The notes under the pieces are model-generated. The model did not search any database. It was not told where the DNA came from and was given only the letters and a program-made list of their open reading frames with translations. Positions 34,682-46,826 of a stretch of DNA of 48,720 nt are shown piece after piece; within the stretch, counting starts at the first letter, position 1; each line of letters opens with the position of its first letter. Origin of the DNA: Craspedostauros australis (Eukaryota); assembly GCA_030167865.1 (NCBI GenBank), contig JALAGF010003500.1:1-48720 (forward strand), read 5' to 3'. Position numbers and translations under genes: made by a program.

Positions 34682-36556
34682 CTAGCAAAGGAAAGGACTG
34701 GAGAGAGTCGCAAAGCCAGATGCGACGCCACCCTCATCGACGTTGCTGAATTTGGTGCGGAGCAGGAATCCGGCATACTCGTTGTGGGCGACGTCGCCTT
34801 CAGGTGAGACCACGAGGGTGCCGTAGCAACCGAGCTCCGACACGCTCTCGCCCGAACCCTCGACCTTGCCGTTGCGCAGCAGGACCGCGCGCTGCTGCGG
34901 CGGGAACAGCCGTTGCATCAGGATGTATTCTCCCAGCTGCTCTCCCAGCTTGACCTTTCCGTCGGCGTCCTGCGACGTGTTCTCCTTCAGCTTCGAGGCC
35001 AGGTTGTCTCCGTAAAAGTTGTACCCGCCGCCTTCGCGCTGTGGTTTGAGAACGTAGCTGCCTTCGCCGCCGTTGAGCGCCTCGTGCACGGCCGCGAGAT
35101 CCTCCGTCGTGGCGTCCTCGCCAAGGCTGTACAGGCCGGCGAATGCAGATCGCATGTTGCTGACGGCATCCGCCTCATCGGCAGACGGGAAGAAGCGCTC
35201 GAGGACGCCGGGCCTGGCCAGCTCCTGCTGCACCTTCTTCGTTCCTGCCAGGTGATATCCCAGCGAGGGGGCCTTCGCGGCGCGTGACTTTTCCAGACGC
35301 GCCCGTGCCTCCCACTCGATGCCGTCGTATCCATCCGGGTAATCCGTCGGCGCGTAGCCAGCGCGGAAGTACACCACCGCCACCTCCTTGCCATCCACGG
35401 ACAGCGCGCCCGTGGTCTCATCCACGACGAGGTCTGTGGCGAGCTTGGTCAGCGACTTTCGGATGACTGGGATGCCGTGGTTGTTCCAAAGCCCAAACTC
35501 CAGCATCCTCTGATCCACGGTGTTGGACTCGCCCTCCTGCACGACGAAGAGGACGCACAGGTTCTCTGCCGGCGTGCCGAATCGTTCCGAATACCTCGCG
35601 AAGGCGACCTGCATGGCGGCCGGGATGCGTTGCAGCGCCGGGTTCTCCGGCACGCCCGGAGATGCCGACAGGGCGCCATCATCGCTGCTGACGATCTTCT
35701 TGTTGTTCTCGAGGAATTCCCCAATGTCCGACTCGAAGCGTCCCGCCAAGTATCCGTGCAATTTGGCGATGTTGACGGCCAATCCTGCGAAGGATGCGGC
35801 GATGGTGTTGAGCTCCACCTGCTTGAGGTCGAAGGTGTCACCGTCGCTGGGTTTGTTGAGCATGTAGTCGCTGCGGTGAATTCCGAGGCGGTCTGCCGAT
35901 GCTGCGAACGCGTCCGCGCTGTCCCCCGTGTAGATCTCCTTGTAGAGCGCGAGCAGCTTGGCAGTGTACGGATCCGTGTCCGACACCCCACCACCCAGGG
36001 TGGAGTGCAGGAAGTCAGGATCGCGGCTGATACGGTCCACGAGCTCGTTGAAGGGCGTCGCCAGCGTCTGCGCCTTGGCGAAGGATTCCTTGGGATAGGC
36101 GTTGGGCAGCAGCGACATGGGCGCCGCCACGAAGTAGGAGGAGGAGGTCTCCTCGTCCTTGCGCTCCACCTGGATGCCGTTAGCGGAGCTGTAGGAGTTG
36201 GCGTGGGCAGCCAGTTCGTCGAGAGGCAGGGTGCTCATGATGGTCGGCGATAGCAAAGTCGATGCTCTGAGTGATGTGGCGGATCTGGGTGATGGCGCTG
36301 CCAAAGATACGGAGGGTGCGGGGAATGAGCCGAGCAGGAGGATCTGGAAGATGACTGCCGATGTCAAAGGCGCTTTCAATGCTGCTTTCAATGCTGACTT
36401 CAGAATTGTGCTAAATGATGATGTGCTGAATGTTGATGTTGGTGTTGGGGGGCAGTTCGTTGTTATTGTATGTCTTTCGTGTTCACAGGCATGATTTTGT
36501 GAGCCATCAGCATTTGCCTTGGCGTTTGCATTGGCGAACAGCGTGGAAACAACCAT
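34682..36556 (-). CDS. GSS: Glutathione synthetase, eukaryotic type (core from ATG 36238, 518 aa; in-frame extension from ATG 36556)
   Basis: Motifs LGIHRSDYM, KQVELNTIAASF, VVYFRAGYAPTDY, HLAGTKKVQQELA, YVLKPQREGGG, VSELG and LLRTK..EGGVASGF. Single exon; start codon choice uncertain. Confidence 0.95.
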   Translation of the reverse strand: MVVSTLFANANAKANADGSQNHACEHERHTITTNCPPTPTSTFSTSSFSTILKSALKAALKAPLTSAVIFQILLLGSFPAPSVSLAAPSPRSATSLRASTLLSPTIMSTLPLDELAAHANSYSSANGIQVERKDEETSSSYFVAAPMSLLPNAYPKESFAKAQTLATPFNELVDRISRDPDFLHSTLGGGVSDTDPYTAKLLALYKEIYTGDSADAFAASADRLGIHRSDYMLNKPSDGDTFDLKQVELNTIAASFAGLAVNIAKLHGYLAGRFESDIGEFLENNKKIVSSDDGALSASPGVPENPALQRIPAAMQVAFARYSERFGTPAENLCVLFVVQEGESNTVDQRMLEFGLWNNHGIPVIRKSLTKLATDLVVDETTGALSVDGKEVAVVYFRAGYAPTDYPDGYDGIEWEARARLEKSRAAKAPSLGYHLAGTKKVQQELARPGVLERFFPSADEADAVSNMRSAFAGLYSLGEDATTEDLAAVHEALNGGEGSYVLKPQREGGGYNFYGDNLASKLKENTSQDADGKVKLGEQLGEYILMQRLFPPQQRAVLLRNGKVEGSGESVSELGCYGTLVVSPEGDVAHNEYAGFLLRTKFSNVDEGGVASGFATLSSPFLC

Positions 36557-37285
36557 GGTGGTGGAAACTCTCACCAAGGACGCTTCCTTTCTCGTCTCTC
36601 TGTGCGTTTCTTCGTTGCGGTTTGTCGCTCCGAGATCATTGTGGTGCTCTGCGAAGTTTCTGCAGCCGACAGCTGAATCCTTCTCAGGACGGTAGAACGA
36701 AACAGAACACTCGTCTTGTGGTTGCTGCCCAAATCCCCATCATGCCCACGAACCACAACCGCTCATTCTCCCAAGAACACCAAAGATGATCTCAGTGTTC
36801 GACAGAACATCCATCCTTCGACAACTTCGACCATATTTCATACGTGTGCATTGACATACGTAATAGATGATCAATAATATGCACGACTGTGCCATCTCTT
36901 TCATGTGCAAAATTTGAATTTGTGCGCCAGTCAGTCCGTGATTCCTGACGGGATCGAATCAAACACAAAATGATGCCACAAGCGAAGAGAAAACGATCAA
37001 CTTTGGTTGTCATCTCGTTTGTGTTGTTGTGCTTCCTTGTCTTGATGTTGGGGCAACGAGTCAGGTGATAATGGCAGTGGTTATGTTATAGTATGCTGAT
37101 GCCATTGTCGACACAACAGTGGAACTGCGTGCAGTGAGCATAACATCAAGAAACAAGAACAGCAGCAACTCTCACAACAACAGAAAGAGCCAACAGCAGC
37201 GACGGCGGCAAATATCGTACGGTCGCATTCTGCTGACACTCGCAGGCACTTGCAGACACTCGCAGACACTCGCCAAACGGAGGGA

Positions 37286-40200
37286 ATGGCAACCATGGAG
37301 TCGAATCATCCGCCTTCAGATGCACCTGCATCAGCAGCCGCTGTTTCGGATGGAACTCCACACGGCGCAGATGCGGAGGAAGGACCACCGCCTCGCCTCA
37401 TGATAACCAAGATGGTACGTCGCCCCTGCCTGTTGCGCGAGGCAACGCAATGAACGTTTTTGGGACGACGAGATCAATCGTCAGCACGAACAGCCGCTAC
37501 GGTCAGTGTCAGGAGATGCCAAGTCTCACACGCGCTCACGCTTTTTCTCGCAATCCTCGTGCAACCCCCTCCAACCTTCATTCCTCTCCATTCCATACTC
37601 CATCATGACAGGTGCTGGAGAATTTCAAATCGTACGCCGGGGTCAAGGAGATCGGGCCATTCCACAAGTGCTTCTCGGCAGTGGTGGGGCCCAACGGGTC
37701 CGGCAAGTCCAACGTCATTGACGCCATGCTCTTCGTGTTTGGAAAGCGAGCCAAGAAGCTGCGGCTCAACAAGGTCAGCGAACTCATTCACAACAGCGCC
37801 GCTGTCAGAAACAACCCACCCACCTTTGCGCGGGTCTGCGTGCACTTTCATGAAATCATTGACACGGGAGATGGCGATGAGGACTACTCCATCGTCCCCA
37901 ACACCGACATGGTGGTCACTCGCGTGGCGCAGCGCAACAATTCATCCACCTACAAGCTCAATGGAAGAGCATCATCCTTCAAGGACATCGCCAAGTACCT
38001 CAACTCCAAGGGCATCGACCTCGACAACAACCGCTTCCTCATCCTGCAGGGCGAGGTCGAGATGATCTCCATGATGGCTCCCAAGGGCAAGAACGAATCT
38101 GACGAAGGTCTCCTGGAGTACCTGGAGGACATCATCGGCTCATCCAAATTCCTGGAGCAAACCAGCGACGTCGCGGACGAAGTCGATGCTCTGTCGGATG
38201 TCCGGCAGGAGAAGCTCAATCGCGTCAAGGCGGTGGAGAAGGAAAAGGACAACCTCGAGAACGCCAAGCAAGAGGCCGAGGCGTTGCTGGAGAAGGAGAG
38301 GGAGATTCGCCGCAAGAAGAACACGCTGTATCAGCTTCATGCCATGCGCGAGGATCTCGAAGTTCAGAAGCACACCGAACGCAAGGCGAGCATCCAAACG
38401 AAGGTGGATGCGGAGACTGCCAAGCAGGAGACCACCAGCCAACGCATCGCAGAAATCGACGCTGAGCTGAAGGAACAGCGAGAGGACTACGGTGCTGCCC
38501 TCAAAGAACTCAACAAGGCGAAGGAAGATTTCGCGGCGTTCGAAAGGCAGGACATCAAGCTGAGAGCGGAGATCAAGGACGGTCGTGCGCAGGTCAAGAA
38601 GAGCGAGGATAAGATCAAATCAGAGATCCGCAAGCACAAGACAGCCAACACGAAGCGTGATAAGGCAGCCAAGCGCATCCCAGAGCTTGAGCAGCAGATC
38701 GAGGAGCTGGCCGCATCCAAGGTCACGGAGGAGGCCGAGCTGGAGAAGATCTACGACAATGTGAAGCATGTCACCGAGAATCTCCGTCGTGATCTCGAAG
38801 TCAAGACGCAGGAGTTGGCGCCGGTCAAGCAGGAACGATCAGTCTTCGAGGCTGCGCTCAGCACGGCCGAGACTGAAATCCGACTTCTCCAGGACTCCCG
38901 ACAACGCACGAAGGAGAGGTTGGATTCTGCGGAAGAGGAGCTCTCCAACATTGATGAAACGCAGCGCAGCAAGCAAAGTGCTTTGCAAGAAGCAGAGAGC
39001 AGCGTGACCACCACGCAGCAAACAATCGCGCAGTTGGAAGCTGAAGATGCAGAGTTGTCTCAGCGTGAAGATGCACTGAACAAAAGATCCCGCGAGCTCA
39101 TCGGACAAGTCGAGTATGCCAAGGCATCGATGCAATCCACCGGTGGCGGAACACGCTCCAAGGCCGTCGCTGGGATCCTCAAGGCATCACGAAACGGCGG
39201 GGAGCTCTCCAAGGTGGGAATCCTGGGGCGGCTGGGAGACCTTGCCGCCATCAATGGCAAGTACGACGTGGCCGTGTCGACCGCGTGCGGAATGTTGGAC
39301 AATATCGTCGTCCATACCACCGCCGGTGCGCAACGTTGCCTCGAATTCCTGCGCAAGTACAACCTCGGACGTGTGAGCGTGATCCCGTTGGACAAGCTAT
39401 CCAAGGGTGTCCACACGAATATGGTAACCACTCCAGAGGATGCGCCAAGACTATTCGACCTCATCACGCCAGCCAACCCTGCAGTGACTCCTGCGCTCTT
39501 CTTGGCTGTGGGTAATACGCTGGTGGCACCAGACCTGGAAACAGCCAGCCGATGGGCATACGAGTATCGCAAGCGCTGGAGAGTCGTCACCCTGGATGGC
39601 AAGCTGATCGAAACGGCGGGAACCATGGCAGGTGGTGGAAGGAACGTCCGTCGTGGGGGCATGCGATTGGTGGTAAGTGTTCCACTTTCATTTCTCTGAA
39701 GATGTTGCCTCCTGTTCAATTGTGAGAGCTCAGTGCCTCGACGCGATTGTGTCGTTTGTCTTGCTTGTTCACCACCCATTGCCTCACCCACTAACGACTT
39801 CATTCCAACCTCTACTCCATGCTCCATACTCCACGTCACATGTCGCTGTGGACGCCACCGCACACGCCCCGGCACTACCCTGTCCCTTCATGACTTGTTT
39901 TGCCATACTGCTTCACAGAATGGCTCTCACAAACCATCAACGATCGCATCCGAAGAGGACGCTGCCGCAGAATGCGAACGTCTCGAGAAGGAGGCATCGC
40001 AGGCTCGTGAAATGCTGCAACATTGTCGTCAGCGAAGGCGTCAGGTAAAGGATGAGCTCCGTCAGCTGCAGAAGCAGATGAGAGCGTTGGAGGTTCGTAT
40101 CCCCAAGCTTCGGTTGGAGGTTTCGGGCTGCGACACCACAAGAGAAGACCTCACCAAGCTCATCCCACAGCTTCGAGCTCAGTGCCAAACCACAGAGGAG

Positions 40201-42213
40201 GATGAATCCAAACGGGCCGAACTCGAACAGAAGATCGGCCAATGCAAGCAGGACATGGCGGCATGCGCAAAGCTGGCTGACAAGCTCGAGGGGGAGGTCT
40301 CGCAGATCCAGCAATCGATCATGGATGCCGGGGGAGAGCGGCTGAAGAAGCAAAAGGCCACATGCGAGACTTTGACGAAGGAGTTGGACGAAGCCGAATC
40401 TGCCTTGAACACTGCACGTGTTGACATCAAGTCCGCGGAGAAAGCGGCAACCAAATCCCAGACAGCAAAGGAGACCCAAGAAGCCAATCTCGAAGAAATT
40501 CAGGCCACGTTGGTGGGCCTGGAGTCTGCATTCGAGAACCTTGAGGCTGGCGCCACCGAGATGATGCAAGCCTATGAATTGGTGCAAGAGAATGAAGCGG
40601 AGAAGCGCGATGCGCTGGGAGAGGCATCGCAGGAGCTGGAGGAAATCAAGAAGCATCAATCCACCGCCAAGTCCAAGCTTTGCGAGCTGGTGGGGCAGAT
40701 GGAGATACTTGACAAGCAAATCTCAGAAGCAGGAAAGAGACGGCGTGGTTGGAACAAGCAAATCCGCAAGCTATGGGCGATGGAAGAGAAGCTTGCGCGT
40801 CGCGACGATGACGACGAGAACAAGGACTGCGACAACAGCCGAACTCGTGGCACCGATACAATTCACACCGACGAAAGCGCAGACGCCGACATGGGACAAG
40901 AGAGATCGAACAGCATGGACATGGATGAGAGTGCTGAAGACGAAGACAGCAACAACGGCAGCAGCAACAACACCAACAGCGAAGGTGATGGAGCTCAGAC
41001 TGCGGAAAGTGAGGGCCAGCAAAACCCATCTGACAATTCAGCAGCCGACGATGTTTCCATTCTACCCCGTTTCGAATACGGCGTGCTGGAAAAGTACGAT
41101 GCCGAACAGCTCAAGGAATCCATCGCAGTGCTCGAGTCGGAACGAGCAACTCTTGCGAAGAATGCCAACATGGGAGCCATCGCGGAGTACCGCAACAAGG
41201 AGCGCGACTACCTCGAAAAGTGAGTCGAATGAAGCAAGCTGTCATGTCCTTCGGTGTACTCCACAAATCAGCGCTTGGCGTCTACATGCTGCGTCCACGC
41301 AGTGTGTGTTTGTTTGTGTACGAGTATGTGCACGTTATGTACTCCGTTGACGAGGATCACTACCTGCTATGGGTCGGAGACCTGTTGAAGTATCATCATC
41401 CCATGCATCTCTCACAATGATTTCCCCACCTCTCTCTCTTTGCGTATCTTCATTCCCGCCCTCTCTCTCTCTCTGTGTGTATGACACTGCACGCTCCTCT
41501 TCTGCATCAGGATCGCCGAACTTGATGAGGTCTCCGAAGCTCGCGACAACGCACGTCTGCGCCACGAGGACCTCCGACGCCAGCGACTAGACATGTTCAT
41601 GGACGGTTTCGGCAAGATCTCGCTGAAGCTGAAGGAGATGTACCAAATGATCACCCTGGGTGGTGATGCCGAGCTTGAACTCATCGATTCTCTTGATCCG
41701 TTCTCAGAGGGCGTTGTGTTCTCTGTCAGGCCTCCGAAGAAGTCATGGAAGAACATCAGCAATCTGTCCGGTGGCGAGAAGACGCTGTCATCTCTGGCGT
41801 TGGTGTTTGCCCTGCACCACTACAAGCCAACACCGTTGTACGTCATGGACGAAATTGATGCAGCGTTGGACTTCAAGAACGTCTCCATTGTCGGCAACTA
41901 CATCAAGGAACGAACCAAGAATGCCCAGTTCATCATCATCTCGCTGCGAAACAACATGTTCGAACTGGCCGATAGATTGGTCGGCATCTACAAGACGAAC
42001 AACTGCACCAAGAGCGTGACCATCAACCCTCACTCGTTTGGGGTCGAGACCAACGCCAACAAGACCCGGTCATCGGGCCATCGAACGCTTGCTGACAGAT
42101 CGAACTTGCAACACGATGCCAAAATGAAAGCGCGTGATGGAGGCGAAAAGGAATCTTCACGCAATGCATCAGGCCTCCACGACGAAGGATCAACAATGAT
42201 GATCCAGCCTTGA
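37286..42213 (+). CDS. SMC4: Structural maintenance of chromosomes protein 4 (condensin), 4 exons, ~1397 aa
   Basis: Exons 37286-37414, 37612-39672, 39919-41219 and 41511-42213. RLMITKM^VLENFKSYAG, Walker A GPNGSGKSN, FLILQGEVE, hinge GRLGDL..TLDG..GTMAGGG, signature LSGGEKTLSSL, Walker B YVMDEIDAALD. Confidence 0.97.
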
Positions 42214-43500
42214 ACGGAAACAAAGCTTGGCACAAGTGTGCGGATGGGCAAACCGTATTGCAAGTCTAATATAGAACATGGGAAATTACTGCATTGATCT
42301 CCTCGTATTGCACCAAGTATTCCATGAGCAAGTCTTCATCAATTCGAGTGCGCGGCTGTCGGACTGCTCGTACGTCACAAATGATACGGCTCCCTTTCAA
42401 TTGAAATGCTGTTGTTGCGGTGGTGATGTGCAATGGTGATGAAAAACAGATGTGTTGGGCTCCGCAAAAACAGTGCGCACATGGCCCTGTCTCTCCTCCA
42501 CACTCCAAGCAGCAGCCCACCACAAGGAGGAAGATATGTCGTCGTCGTACCCTTCTCTCCAGTAACCGCTTGATTCAAAGCTCAACCACAGCACGAGTAC
42601 AACCACAGTACAAGCAGAAACATGGCCTCGTGCCATGGTCAATCGTCTGGGTGAGTCGATTGCCCGTGGTTGTATGCTTGTACGCTTGTGCTTTCGTCCG
42701 GCTGAGTGGATGCGTAGATGCGCCAACACGTGAGGCGATCTAGTGGATCGTGGCGCCCATCGTCTCGCATGGATCGTTTGATGCAAGGAGAGGATCGCTG
42801 TTCGATCCCTTCTTCGAGTGCGCGCTCGTGTATCTTGATTTCCATTGTCGCGCCTGAGTGCACTCGTGCATCTGCTTGTAACATGACACAGTGCTGTACT
42901 TCTGCGATTGCGCCATGCTTTTGCCAACTTCACCGACACCCACATTGATTCTGGCCTGGTGCCAGCTGCAGATTCGATGCGTTCGTTGCGTCGAGCGTTG
43001 CATGGAGAGATGAGTGCGCAGTTGGTCGGCTGCGACGCTTTGGCAAGTTGCGGCGGCTCTTGGTACGCTAATGGAAATGGTATTTTCGCTTGTTTCGTTG
43101 GTCGTATGCAGATATCCGTGGTCAGATCAATACGAAGGAGATGGTGTTGCAATGCCTGGGAGGCTCCCGCAGTAATGCAGACCGAGCGATCCAATGTCGT
43201 TGCGCCGTTGAGGAATTCATCATCCTTCGGAACAGCAGCAGCTGCATCGTGATCAACACCAATGCCAACACCAACAGTGAAGCTCGTGGAAGTGGCAGCT
43301 ACCTAGCGAAGCATCGATGAAGCCATGTTGACCTCATTTCCACTTGATGAATACCTCGTTTCTGAGGAGGGTTGTAGATCCAGATCTCTCTTGCTTCGTG
43401 GCTCGTGCATGTCCTTGATGATTTGAAGCCTCTGACCCCTTGATGCTGAAGTACGGTGCGAGTCGCCAAATGGTGATAGGCCACATTTCCCTCCCAACAA

Positions 43501-43523
43501 CATCATCATCATCATCATCATCA
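43501..43523. repeat. (CAT)7 microsatellite
   Basis: Read directly from the sequence. Confidence 0.9.
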
Positions 43524-44061
43524 CCACCACTGACAACGCTGTATCCTCTCTGCAGCGTGTTCACATGACAACAACAGCAACCGAGAGTGTTCTCATTTTC
43601 GATCTTGACACGATTCACTGACGCTTGTTCTTGCTTGATGGGCCGGTTCGACCCATCGGACTGATGGAAGAGCACATCCATTTGGCGCGCTTTTTGACAC
43701 GATTGATGTCGAAGAACTTCCATAGTCCTTTTTGAAGATCTGCACAACAAGAGATCTGGCGAGACACGGCGAAGGTCACCAACGTGTGTTTCTTCACATT
43801 GTTGTTGTTGGCGGTGACGACAGAAGAGAACAGAACGGATGTGTGGTGTGGTGGATGAGAGGAAGAGCAGAGAGGAGGCGGTGGCCGTGGACGATGACAC
43901 GAGTACTACTACTATGAGTGGAGAGGGATGGTTTGGAAGCACCAGTCACTCACTCACCACAGGAGCAAGAGCAAGAACAAGGGCAGAGATACAGAGCAGT
44001 GTACTCACGTGGCCATGCTCACGCCATCTCGGTCAGGTGCTGCGCTGCACTGCGACTCAAG

Positions 44062-46179
44062 ATGCATTCCAACACCTGCCTCATGACCAACTTCATGATC
44101 GGCTCCATCGGCGTCTTTGCCTTGATCATTGGGGGCTTTTGTCCAAGGGGACATGCAGCAGCTGATGGACATGTGTTGTCTGACTTCGATCCTCGGCCCA
44201 GGATCATCAATGGCGAAGCGGTGGATCCGAAGTTCAGCTTTCCCTTCATGTCGAGTCTCACTGATGCCATGAAGCATGTGTGCGGAGGCACCTTGATCGC
44301 ACCGGACATCGTCCTCACTGCAGCCCACTGCGCGCAATCCTTCGGTGCTGTCCAGATGAATCGCCACGACATCCGCGATGATGCAGAGACCTACGAGATG
44401 TACGTGGTGGAGAAGATCGTCACTCATCCCAGACACTACTCCAACTTTCTTGCCGATTCAGATCCGCATGATGTAGCTGTGGTGAAGCTCTTTGGAAGCT
44501 CTCAAATACAACCGATTCCTCTCATGAAGAAGGAGGAAGGGACGGCGGATGACTCACGTCTACGGAAAGGCGATGCGCTGATGGCCCTTGGATGGGGTAG
44601 AACAATCGCAAATGATCCAACCCCAAGCACAACCGACCTACAACAGACCACAGTCTACTACATTCCAAATGACGAATGCAAGCATATCACTGGAGTATTC
44701 CGTGACATCAACATCACATACAGCAACCGTGTGATCGATGTGACTCTCTGTGCCATGAACAGCGTGGATGCCACTGACACGTGCCAAGGAGATTCCGGAG
44801 GTCCGCTGCTGTTTCTGTCGAGCGATGACAATGGGACAGCCACCGGCACTGGAATAACCACGGGCACCAGCACGAATGCATTCGATCCTCAACGTCCGTC
44901 TCAGGAACAGTTTGTGCAAGCGGGAATCACATCCGCCGGGTTTGGATGTGCGCATCCGACGCTGCCTGGGCTGTATGCTCGGGTTTCCAACGTGCGACAG
45001 TGGATACATGAGACCATATGCCGTGAATCCGAGTATGCATCGCACGACTACGGTTGCGTAGGTGAACATCCAAGCATCCTCAACGATGGGTCCTCCACGC
45101 CCAAGTGGAATGAGGATGTTGACATGGTCACATTGAGGATACAACATCGACTTGATGTGTCTCCCCATCAGCGAGGTTGGGCGTTGAGGATGTTGCAAAA
45201 GGAGGCAGATGGAGGACCAGGACAGCCAGTGGGGATGTCAGCCGGAAGTATACGGCACCAACAGCAACATGGGGCTACAACGGGAAGCCCATGGATAACC
45301 ATTGCATACCAACCGATCTTCTCGTACAACATCACCCAACAGTACCAGATCGTGACAGACTACGTGTCGGTTCCGGATGATCGGCAGTACGTGCTCACGG
45401 TGCTGGACAGCTACGGCGATGGCCACAGAAGATTACGCGGCGAGCTTGACATGATGGTGATCGACAATCGAACCGACACGGTTCTGTTTGATAGCGATGC
45501 CCAGCAGCAGCAGGATGGAAAGAGGCATACGGGCTATTCCTACGATGCCGCATTCATAGTCGGAAATCCTCCAACACTATCACCGACGATCACAACATTG
45601 CCAACGACATCCACTGCGCCAACATCTGCACCGACGCAACTGGGCGAGTTCGTTTCACTCCAAATCAACTTCGCTGCCCAGCCTTATGAGATTGGATACA
45701 AGCTGGAGCGTCGGTTGGTGAACGGCGAGTACGAAGTGCTGCAAGTCGCCTACCCAGGAACATACAGTTCATTTGACTACTTCCATGGATCAGTCGTCGA
45801 AAGGCTGCCGTTACGGATCCTGGTAACGCCGGACTCGCCTCCTCCAGCCACGCGCACATTCCGATTCACCATGACATCCAACGAAGGCCACGGATTTCGC
45901 CAGAAAGGAAACTACACGGTATGGTATGGTGACGTTGGCTCTGGGGAATTCCTGTTCTCAGGTGGCGATTTCGGTCTGGAGATCGAGCACGTGTTTGACA
46001 TCACACCGAAGCCGTGGTCGCAGCCGCTGACAGCGCAACCGACGACTCGATCGGCTTCAAGCACACAACCACCAACGGACCAACCAACGGCTCAAGCGAC
46101 TTCATCAAGCACACGCCATCTATCTTCGGTGGGTGCGTTACTCTGTGCTGCCACCTTCGCGATTGTATTGCCGTTTTGA
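44062..46179 (+). CDS. Trypsin-like (S1A) serine protease with two C-terminal accessory domains and probable GPI anchor (~705 aa)
   Basis: Signal-like N-terminus, activation site PR^IING, catalytic triad VLTAAHC / PHDVAVV / DTCQGDSGGP, Thr/Pro-rich linkers and a hydrophobic C-terminal tail. Start could be ATG 44062 or a nearby downstream ATG. Confidence 0.92.
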   Translation: MHSNTCLMTNFMIGSIGVFALIIGGFCPRGHAAADGHVLSDFDPRPRIINGEAVDPKFSFPFMSSLTDAMKHVCGGTLIAPDIVLTAAHCAQSFGAVQMNRHDIRDDAETYEMYVVEKIVTHPRHYSNFLADSDPHDVAVVKLFGSSQIQPIPLMKKEEGTADDSRLRKGDALMALGWGRTIANDPTPSTTDLQQTTVYYIPNDECKHITGVFRDINITYSNRVIDVTLCAMNSVDATDTCQGDSGGPLLFLSSDDNGTATGTGITTGTSTNAFDPQRPSQEQFVQAGITSAGFGCAHPTLPGLYARVSNVRQWIHETICRESEYASHDYGCVGEHPSILNDGSSTPKWNEDVDMVTLRIQHRLDVSPHQRGWALRMLQKEADGGPGQPVGMSAGSIRHQQQHGATTGSPWITIAYQPIFSYNITQQYQIVTDYVSVPDDRQYVLTVLDSYGDGHRRLRGELDMMVIDNRTDTVLFDSDAQQQQDGKRHTGYSYDAAFIVGNPPTLSPTITTLPTTSTAPTSAPTQLGEFVSLQINFAAQPYEIGYKLERRLVNGEYEVLQVAYPGTYSSFDYFHGSVVERLPLRILVTPDSPPPATRTFRFTMTSNEGHGFRQKGNYTVWYGDVGSGEFLFSGGDFGLEIEHVFDITPKPWSQPLTAQPTTRSASSTQPPTDQPTAQATSSSTRHLSSVGALLCAATFAIVLPF

Positions 46180-46771
46180 CCGTGGCTGTCCGGATGTACA
46201 TGTAGTACAATGACTGCAAGCTAACAACATCGCAACAGAGCAAATGCTGTCCAAACCTGGAGACACCTAATGCAGAGGTTGAACTCTCCCCCACAACCAG
46301 TCGAAACAAATCCTTGGGATAGCGGGCAGCGGTTTTTGTAGTGCCACCTGCGCCGCATCGCTTCCTGCGTGGCTTGTGGGGAGAGTCGCACATGCAAACC
46401 ATGCATCCTATTTGTGCTAAATGAGCGGTTTAGCATCGATAGATCACCTCTTTGCACTGCACATCAATACCATACTCCTACTATAGTCTGATTCTACTTT
46501 CTCATAACAAGTCTCATCACTACCAATACACTCATCTTCTTCACTCACTCGGCTGCACGGCATGTGGCTGCAAAACTTTGGCTTGGCTGCAAGATCTACT
46601 CGTACTTGTTGTTGAGACAACCGCTCTGTCGTCGGTCACTCCCTGGCTATACCTAAGCTGAAGGACAGCTCCAGATGGCAGCGTGGTGTGATCGTATGTT
46701 GTGTAAATCATACAGTTACAATTCAATTTTGTGTTGTCTTGTGATCTGCATCTTGGTGGTTCGGTGTGTTG

Positions 46772-46826
46772 CTGTTGCTGTTCTGTTGCTGTTCTGTTGC
46801 TGTTCTGTTGCTGTTCTGTTGCTGTT
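46772..46826. repeat. 11-bp tandem repeat (CTGTTGCTGTT) x5
   Basis: Read directly from the sequence. Confidence 0.9.

Noticed and set aside
42397..43942. 265-aa and 202-aa - strand ORFs between SMC4 and the protease
   Set aside because: No motifs, no coding bias, and one spans a (CAT)n repeat.
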